In this document: positions 56,175-64,000 of the stretch, one piece after another | Position numbering within the stretch: the stretch's first letter is position 1 | How the letters are laid out: every line of letters begins with the position of its first letter | Assembly: GCA_026023565.1 (NCBI GenBank) | Contig: JAPETS010000012.1 | Location: 496,001-560,000 of the forward strand | Direction: 5' to 3' | DNA: 64,000 nucleotides | Source: Cirrosporium novae-zelandiae | Lineage: Eukaryota | The notes under the pieces: model-generated | Told to the model about the DNA's origin: nothing | The model's database searches: none | Seen by the model: the letters and a program-made list of their open reading frames with translations, nothing else | Translations under genes and position numbers: made by a program

Positions 56175-57788
56175 ATGGCCGAACCCATCGAGCCCCAGTA
56201 CAACAATTCTATCCAGGTGGATAATCCTGAAGTTGATGTGTGTATCAAAAATCTTCATATGACCTCGACTGCTACTGAAAGGAATGAAATCGAATTTCTC
56301 CTAGACTGACTTGTTTAATCCTGAAGGATAATATAGAGGATGATAATGACTCTGCTATAAGTGAAGTCGATCGTCCGGAGAGGTAGACGAAACTCCAGCA
56401 TTCCAAGTCGTGTAAGAATAAACAGCTGAGACTTTTTGATATTCTTGTTGAATAGCACCGCCTCAATCACTTCAAGCATTCTGCACTATAGGCAAGAAAA
56501 CGGACGGACATACCATGCTTATAAAGATGGGAGTGCGCAGTTTTCTATTTTATACCAATGTTCTCTGGATAATGGCCACTTTACTGAATAGCGCATGAGT
56601 TCAGAATATTTATATCCGAATGATGAGGTCTGCCAATCCCTATCACTGCATGCCGCCATTTCCTGCTGACTGCTTTTAGATTGAAAATGATCGGCTAGGT
56701 ATATCCCAAGTTTAATATCGCGATCCGGATTTATCAGCTGATGTGAATGTGAAGATCTTCAACATCATCAATTTCTAGTTACAATGGATAACAAACTTCA
56801 CCTTGCCCCTCTCAACAATCCACAGGATGTTCTCGATATCGGAACTGGTACTGGAATTTGGGCGATTGAATTTGGTATGAAAATCCTCGCTAGAAAGACC
56901 ACAGACCACTGAAGCGGCAGTCCCCTCTAGCCGATGAATATCCTGAAGCTAAAGTTATTGGCATCGACCTCTCACCAATCCAACCATCCTTGTGCGTAGT
57001 TTCCCCAGGACTAGCTGATGTTTGTTTGAGCTAAACCTCTGGGCACAGCGTTCCTCCGAATGTGACTTTTCTTGTTGATGATGCCGAGGAACAATGGATG
57101 TATTCACAGCAATTCGACTATATCCACGGCCGCATGATGACAAGTAGCTTCACAGAGCCTATCAAGGTTTTCAAGCAAGCTTTCAGGTATTATGTTCCCA
57201 GAGCATAGACAATGCTCCACAATTGATTAATAGTTTTCCCTCGTAGTAATCTCAAACCCGGTGGATATTTTGAAATGCAGGATATCATCTATCCGATTAA
57301 GTGCGACGACGACTCCATGAAGGACGGTAGCGCCGTCCTTGAGTGGTCCAAAACCATCCTTAAAGCTTCAGAAAAAATGGGCAAATCTCTGGACCAAGCA
57401 CTCCAGTACAGAGATTGGATGCGTGAGACAGGTTTTGTCGATATTCAAGAAACGATCTACAAGTGGCCGGTCAATACATGGCCCAAGGGGAAAAAATTCA
57501 AGGAAATGGGAATGTGGACCCTGGAGAATCTGATGGCAGGCTTTCAGGGACTCAGCATGGCATTACTAACTCGAGGACTAGGATGGACAAGAGATGAGGT
57601 AGAAGCGTATTTGGTGGAGGCGAGACAGGATGCCAAGGACAGGAAGAAACATGGATACTTTCCAATGTAGGTTTTTTCATATCTTCCATACCTAGATACC
57701 TAGGTAATTGTCATGGAGAGAAGGTAGATTACTAACTCAGGTTTACAGTCACGTCTTTGTGGCCAAGAAGCCCGAAAGCGCTACTTGA
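56175..57788 (+). CDS. LaeA-like class I SAM-dependent methyltransferase, 10 exons
   Basis: Splicing through 9 introns gives an intact frame: STASITSSILHYRQENGRTYHAYKDGKYLYPNDEIENDRLDLQH, VLDIGTGTGIWAIEFADEYP, GIDLSPIQP, FDYIHGR, NLKPGGYFEMQD. Confidence 0.93.
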
Positions 57789-58041
57789 TACAGATGAATG
57801 AAAGTTGGATGAATTTTGTTTTGTCAAAAAAAAAGAAAACCAAGTTTGATGCGTTTCAGCCTGTTGCATTGTGTGGTGAAAAGGGAACTTGCTCGGATTG
57901 CAAAAAAAGAGGTCTGCCGTTTCGTGGATTTATCAATTACGATATTATTAATATTGAATATTTTCTACTACTCACGTATGTGGGTTCGTCCTAGAACTCA
58001 CAAACTGGTTTCCTCGCTAAATGGTATCCTAATATATATAT

Positions 58042-58140
58042 ATGTCAATACAATGTCAATACAATGTCAATACAATGTCAATACAATGTCAATACAATGT
58101 CAATACAATGTCAATACAATGTCAATACAATGTCAATGCA
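58042..58140. repeat. 11-bp minisatellite (ATGTCAATACA x9, last unit variant)
   Basis: Directly visible. Confidence 0.95.
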
Positions 58141-58493
58141 GCAATAATTATGTATAAACAATGATAACGGAACAACAAGCGGAATCATGGTAAGGTACGG
58201 ACTTGTACGAGTACGAGTACCAATTACGTTGTTTGCATTGTTTGCATTGTTTGCAAAAACGGGGTTTTATACATCTACACCTCGCTACGGTGCCCGCTTG
58301 AGAGGTTATCCATATCATAGAACCTTGATATTCAATTCCTACCCTTACCATTACAAACCCAGAAAAATGATACGAGGGAGGGCCTTCAAACAGAATCAAT
58401 TTTTGATAGATTCACAATTAAAATTTAATTTTTCGGCTTTGGGGAGGGACCTTCAAGTTGAATTACTATTGAAAACTGGGTTTTTGCTTTGAA

Positions 58494-58730
58494 GGCCTCC
58501 TTCCCCAGTATTATTTTTTCTAAGGTTTCATTTTTTTTTAGGGAAGGAGGTTTAGGTTTGATCATCTTCATAATATGGTTATTACTATGTCTTTGTCTTA
58601 GGTTGGGTGACCGAGGGCCTGCCTCCCTAATATCGTTTTTCTAAGGTTCATTTTTTTGAGTCTGGTCGCCTTTAGAATATGACTATTACTATTCCTTTGT
58701 CTTAGGTTGAATCACCGAGGGCCTCCTCCC
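58494..58730. repeat. Degenerate ~105-120 bp tandem duplication upstream of the 58909 ORF
   Basis: The blocks TTTTCTAAGGTT(T)CATTTTTTT, TATTACTAT..CTTTGTCTTAGGTTG and ACCGAGGGCCT each occur twice in the same order. Confidence 0.75.
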
Positions 58731-58908
58731 AGGGGCACACAGACCATAAATTCTTTGGCATATAAACCCGACAGACCCATCCCCCTCTTGGTCTAACCAT
58801 CACAACTCATACTTATACAAACAAAATAATTTTCACGAGAGGCATTAATCAAGGCTTCTACTCACTCACCTTCTTTCTACTCACTCCACCTTCTAGAGAT
58901 ATCCAGCC

Positions 58909-59967
58909 ATGCCTCCCCAAACGCTCGAAAGCGTCGAGACCATAATATATATGGGCTACACGGAAGCCAAAGCAAACGAGATCTGGAAAGCATGGCTAGA
59001 AGTAGAAGCAAGTCAAGCCGGTGGAAACGAATTCCAGTGGGGCTTTCTTGAATACGTTCTCCCGATTGAAAAACGTGCGGAGAACGATAATGATGCAGGG
59101 GAGGGGCTTGAGGAGGATGATTGGGATGGAATGATGAAATGGCTAGGGGTTGCTGATGAACTTCGAAGCAAGATTATGGATCCGGAATTCGTGAATGTCA
59201 GATTAACCGAGTCTGCGAGATTCTGGGTACATGATACCATGGAGCTTCGGTTTCTGATGTTGGAGGAGAGAATGGAAAAGGAGGCGAGAGGGGAAAGGGG
59301 ACACTCAAACCAGGAACATGCAACAACAACCCCCCCCGCAACCTCATCTCCTCAACCACCATGTCCAGCCCCGCCCTCCGGATTCACCGAACTCTGGAAA
59401 TCAAAAAGTGCCTATCGCATCCACAGAGACTCGAACCAAAAAATCCCCCTAGTCTGCCTTTCCAGCAAAACCCCCTCCGACTTCCGCGGCCACATGGGAA
59501 CCCACCTCTATCTCTTTGCCCAAAAAGAAGTCGCCTTAAACCACCAACAATACCTGCGGAAACGTGTCCCCGGCTCCCCGACCATCATGATCAGGATGCT
59601 GATTCCTAATCGTTATATTGAAATTCATCTTCGTCCGCTGGTTATGGAGTTTGGGGATCTGTGGAAGGAGGTTGTTCATACTTCGAGGAGGGGGATTAAT
59701 TTTTCCGGAAGAGGAAAACTGGGATATATAAGAAAGGAGTGGTTGATTATTGGCCCTGTTTCCAGAAGCCGCTCCAGTCGGGGAATCGGGCGGCTGGGGC
59801 ATTGGGGGGAGGTCAGTGAGGGGAATGTTGCGTGGGTTGATGTTGAATGGGAGGAGGAGGAGGAGGGATTTAGGCGGCAGCGGCAGGTGCAGGCGAGGCA
59901 GTATGTATTCCAGGGAGACGATACCATTGATGATCTTTCAGAGAATGCTTTTTGGCAAGAGGTTTAA
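58909..59967 (+). CDS. Intronless 352-aa fungal hypothetical protein, two domains joined by a Pro/Thr linker
   Basis: Long ORF with GCCATG context and a TATAAA at ~58761. N-domain motif IMDPEF..VRLTESARFWVHDT resembles fungal hypotheticals from memory. Confidence 0.8.
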   Translation: MPPQTLESVETIIYMGYTEAKANEIWKAWLEVEASQAGGNEFQWGFLEYVLPIEKRAENDNDAGEGLEEDDWDGMMKWLGVADELRSKIMDPEFVNVRLTESARFWVHDTMELRFLMLEERMEKEARGERGHSNQEHATTTPPATSSPQPPCPAPPSGFTELWKSKSAYRIHRDSNQKIPLVCLSSKTPSDFRGHMGTHLYLFAQKEVALNHQQYLRKRVPGSPTIMIRMLIPNRYIEIHLRPLVMEFGDLWKEVVHTSRRGINFSGRGKLGYIRKEWLIIGPVSRSRSSRGIGRLGHWGEVSEGNVAWVDVEWEEEEEGFRRQRQVQARQYVFQGDDTIDDLSENAFWQEV

Positions 59968-60919
59968 GAAGGGAGTTAGATTAGCTCAGCTTAGCTTAAT
60001 TAAGCCAGGAGGGACTATATCTAATATTATTACGCTTTAGCTCTTAGGGGGTAATTAATTACATTTTTGATAGGTTTAAAGAAGGAAGCCCAAAGGTAAA
60101 AAAAAACCTTTAGATATATGAACTTTCTCAGGAGAGAGAGGGCCCTTGCAAAACAGAACTATTTATTTTCGGGATGGTTTAGATATAGACTAGACATATA
60201 ACCTCAAGAAAAAGAAAGTCCCTTCCTTCCTTTCAAAACAAAACCTAATTACTTTTAACAAATTTAGAAATGAACCTCTTTTCTACCAAATATCAAAGAC
60301 TGGATATATGAACTTTGTCAAGGGGATGAGTCCCTTTTCTTCAAAACACAAACCCTAGTTACTTTTTACCAAGGTTTAGAAATGAAAAAAAAAAAAAACA
60401 AAAACGACTCAGAACTTAGAACCCTAAAAAGAAAAAGAAAAATCAAAGATATTAAAAACTTAATATAATGATCTCAAGGAGGAGGGTTCATTAGCAAAAT
60501 ACAATACTGTGGTATACCATGAAGTCATTACTAGCTGTCTATCTATCTTCTCGTGTCTTCTCCTTATCCTTATCCTTATCTTGATCTACCTATCTCCTAC
60601 CTATCTATCTACTGTTGAACTTGTTGATACTAAATAGTAATACTAAATAGTAATAGTAGTAATAATAACAAGACTCTCATTTCTTGGAAATAATTAATAA
60701 GGAAAAGGGAATTATCGTGGGAGGATGATGGGGAGGGATGGAAAGGGATGGATGAAAAAGAATTACTACTAGTTAAAAAATTAGGATATCATCATGAGTA
60801 AATGAATAAATACCAACAGAGCTCCCCCTCTCCCTTCTCTTCCCTTCCCAAACAAAGTCCGCCCATAGATCTAGAACCCTTCACTCCCCCTCCCCTCATA
60901 TCCCCCCATATCCCTCCCC

Positions 60920-62240
60920 TCAGGAAGCAAGAACCGCAGGCATACTTAGTTCAACATCAGGAGGCTGCAGCACAATACTCGAGTTCGCATCCTCCACATT
61001 CCCCGTCAGAAACGCCAATGGGATGTTAGGACCCCAGACAAACAACGTCTCGGGGGCCTCAGGCAGTCGAGAGACGGGGGTATCGCTATTGACAAGGTCG
61101 CCATCCGAGTAGTGTTCTACAATGTTTCCGGATGCGTCGAACCTGTTGTGTGTGTGTGGCTTAGGTTAGCTATTAGTTTTTTTTTTTTTTTTTTTTTACA
61201 ATATGGATGGATGGGTCTATGTGTGAGTAAGTTGAAAAAAAAAAAAAAAAAATTTACCAGTAGTCGAAGATTTGGCTGCCGAGGACGTGTCTTCCTACGC
61301 CCCAGGCATTTACCCATCCTTTGCCGCGTAGCCAGTCGTGGCCTAGATATTCGCTGTCCATGTCCAGGACTTCGAAGCTGGAGTGGTGGACGTGGTTTGA
61401 TTTATCGTCTGATTGGGCGGCGAGGAAGAAGCTCTATATATAGTTAGATATTTAGTTTACTATATTAATGATATTATTGATGGGGATATAGTCTGGAGAT
61501 TGGACTGTTTATGGGAAATTAGGTGGAGGGGGTCCTACATGGTGATCTGTATATTCTACGCCTTTGTCGATATGATAAAAGCATGTTGTGTCCATCCCCA
61601 ACGAGGGGTCGTAGACAACATCTGTCAAGGACATGTTGAAATGACTTGTATACCATTTCAGCGTGTCTTGAAAAACAGTGTGCTTCACACAATAGCCATA
61701 ATGCCCCAGTTTATGCACCTTGCATGGACTTGGCTTAATCCTCACAAACGCTCCCTTCCGGGGTTTCTTGCTAGCCGTATTTGCTTCCGAAAGCTGTTCT
61801 GGAGTTTCTGCCTGCCTGGGCTCCTGTCCGTGCAACAACCTCATTTCAAACCCATTCGGGTCCTTCACTATCACGACTTTCCCTCCACCTGGTCCATCAG
61901 CTTCCTGTATCTCGGATGCATTGGGAAGGCCTGCTGCTAATTCTAGATCTGCATACGACTTCACGACCCAAGCACCACCGACAAAAGCTCGGTCGCTGTT
62001 TGGTGATTGTTCGGCAACGTAGATATAGGGCTGTGCACCAAACCCGGAATAGTAAATACGTGTGGGCGTTTCAAGCACCGAGGTTAATCCAAAGTCCAAG
62101 AGAAAGCGATGAGTTTTGGCAAGGTCAGGATGCTGGTAGTGGACATGCGCCACATGATCGAGCTGGACTTTGTGGGAGAAGTTGTTGTTGTCATTGTTGT
62201 GAATGTTGTTAGTAGACGAGTGCCCCGGGTCTGCATTCAT
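60920..62240 (-). CDS. Glyoxalase/VOC-fold ring-cleavage dioxygenase (trihydroxytoluene oxygenase-like)
   Basis: AHVHYQHPDL...FLLDFG, PGGG..V...DPNG, VHKLGHYG, TDHH|SFF, HVHHSSFEV, WGVGRHVLGSQIFDYW|FDASGNIVEHYSDGDLVN. Two introns. Confidence 0.93.
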
Positions 62241-64000
62241 GGTGTCAGATTAAGGAGTACCTATGTGTGCAAACAAAGCAAACTGGGGGTTTAGTAAGTG
62301 GTCTCTCAGAAGAAGGTCCAATTTCTGCTGTTATTTCTTCTTTGCTCCTTCATCATCTTCTTAATAGTGCCCTTTAATACCAATGTATTAATATTATCGC
62401 CCCTGTGACCCTGAATAATGGTATGATTAGCTTGTCCGTATACTTGTATCCTCCGCCTCTGAGTTTCAAATAATCTACTCAGAACGGCATTCCACGGCCT
62501 CCGATCTTCGCTAAAAGCCATCCCCCTCATTCTACTGAGGAGGATTCAGAGGTTCATATTAGATTGTATCACCAAGTGCGTCCAGGGAGATAAACTCTAA
62601 AATTAAAGGGTTTTGAGACCCGTGGTACATAGGCCTAGAACGTATCGGTGATACAATGATACCGGGGACAAGCTTCCTAGATAGCAATAAAGCTTCAGTG
62701 TATCTGGTTTGGACTGTGTATGAGGATTGCCCTACTTACATATCGTCTCATTGACCTGTATGCGCCTATTAATCACGACCCCTCCTATTATGGCTAGGCT
62801 AACCTTGAATAGATTCAGAGATAATGGTCTGTATTGGCGAGCAGTGCTTGGCTGTACGTCGTTGGCTTATACATCTACCACCATACCTTCTTCCATTGGC
62901 GAAATTTCCAGGCTCTAGATTTGCAGTTGTGTCAATATGATACAAATTCCACTTCGACGGCATCAAGAGGGGTCAGTATATATTAAAAATTAGGGAATTG
63001 CATGAATGATATGGCCTGATTATTCGAATCGCTCCTAATAAACTTCATGTCGACGATTCCAGGTTCATCCCGGAACTTTTTTTCGGTCGGTGGTAGGCGT
63101 CGAGATAAACATTGCAGAACTATACAGGTCTTTAGATTCACAGAAGCAGCAATTTCTATCGTTGAATATGATCTGCATCTTGTCCCGACGGGCGTCATGG
63201 GGGTCATAGCTCATATGATTTCAAAAGGGTTCCGTCCGACTCCTAAAGCCTATTGTGCAAAATAACTTGCGGAGATTTTTGGCCGGGGAGGTGAGTGGCA
63301 AGAGATGGGGAGGGGAGACCCCCGAAAATGCTACTTGTGTACAAGTGTATTTGAAAATGAAAATAATCGAAGCGGCAATTCCGTTTGGTTTATATCATGA
63401 AATTTAATTCCGGAATTTACTCGTTCAGAAAGTTCAAAAGATGTACGTAAGCCTGCAAGCTCTCAAGAAAGAATACAACAACCCACTTATCATAGTTTAG
63501 GAACTAATGATGATGATGCAGATTCACAGTGTCATTTAGCGATGTCGAGAAGGAAAACACAATAAGACAACCCTTGATAAGATTTTGGATGGCAAGTCGC
63601 CCGACCATGAAAAAGATGCCGGGACGTTCATTCGAAGATGCTCGGAAAATTGCTGTTACGGGTACGAAAACCACTGTCTGTTAGTATGACTCAACGTGTA
63701 GGAGCCGTGAAATAAAACAAAACTTATATTGCATATATAGGCGATTACTTATTATCGTCAATCATGTGAGCTATAAACCGCGATGCTAGATATTAAGTAT
63801 ACAACCTTCGAAGAACATCTGCTTGTACTGTATCCAACGGCTATAATCACTGAGGGGTCTCTGGATCGGAATGGATGGGAACCAGTAAATCGTCCAAATA
63901 CGTGTTGGCTTCAGAGGAGGTAATAAAGTCGAACGATGGAAAAAAATGAATAAATAAATAATTCCTCCTGGAGGTACGTTGATTCAACACCACACACAGA

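Noticed and set aside
58042..58140. Possible CRISPR-like array
   Set aside because: Contiguous 11-bp units with no spacers, in a eukaryotic context.
62300..64000. Short ORFs at the right end of the window
   Set aside because: No recognisable domain or splice-consistent gene model.

Overview
Eukaryotic, intron-rich genomic DNA from a filamentous ascomycete (Pezizomycotina-like, inferred from short GT-AG introns with CTRAY branch sites and from gene content). The left two-thirds is mostly conserved housekeeping genes: a GH16 glucanase cut by the window edge, a VPS9-domain GEF, Atg15, a RanBD nucleoporin, a Yip1-family protein, a PAS protein, Csm3/Swi3, the complex I 21 kDa subunit, Tad2, ATR/Mec1 and RNPS1. 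The right part is more accessory: a stand-alone A-T-R NRPS-like enzyme, a 13-exon 7TM protein, a carboxylesterase, a Crh-type GH16, two pseudogenes, a LaeA-like methyltransferase, an intronless unknown and a glyoxalase-fold dioxygenase. I saw no rRNA, tRNA, CRISPR array or recognisable transposase. The most notable observations are: (i) an orphan ORF at 16.5-17.7 kb whose frame continues past one TAA and which resembles, by eye only, negative-strand RNA virus nucleocapsids; (ii) a spliced 94-aa 11-mer-repeat protein missed by the ORF track; (iii) a 3-nt micro-exon; (iv) an intronless ORF with ADP-ribosyltransferase-like motif spacing, flanked by degenerate repeats. Exon boundaries were read by hand and may be off by a few bases. 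Family assignments come from recalled motifs, not database searches.
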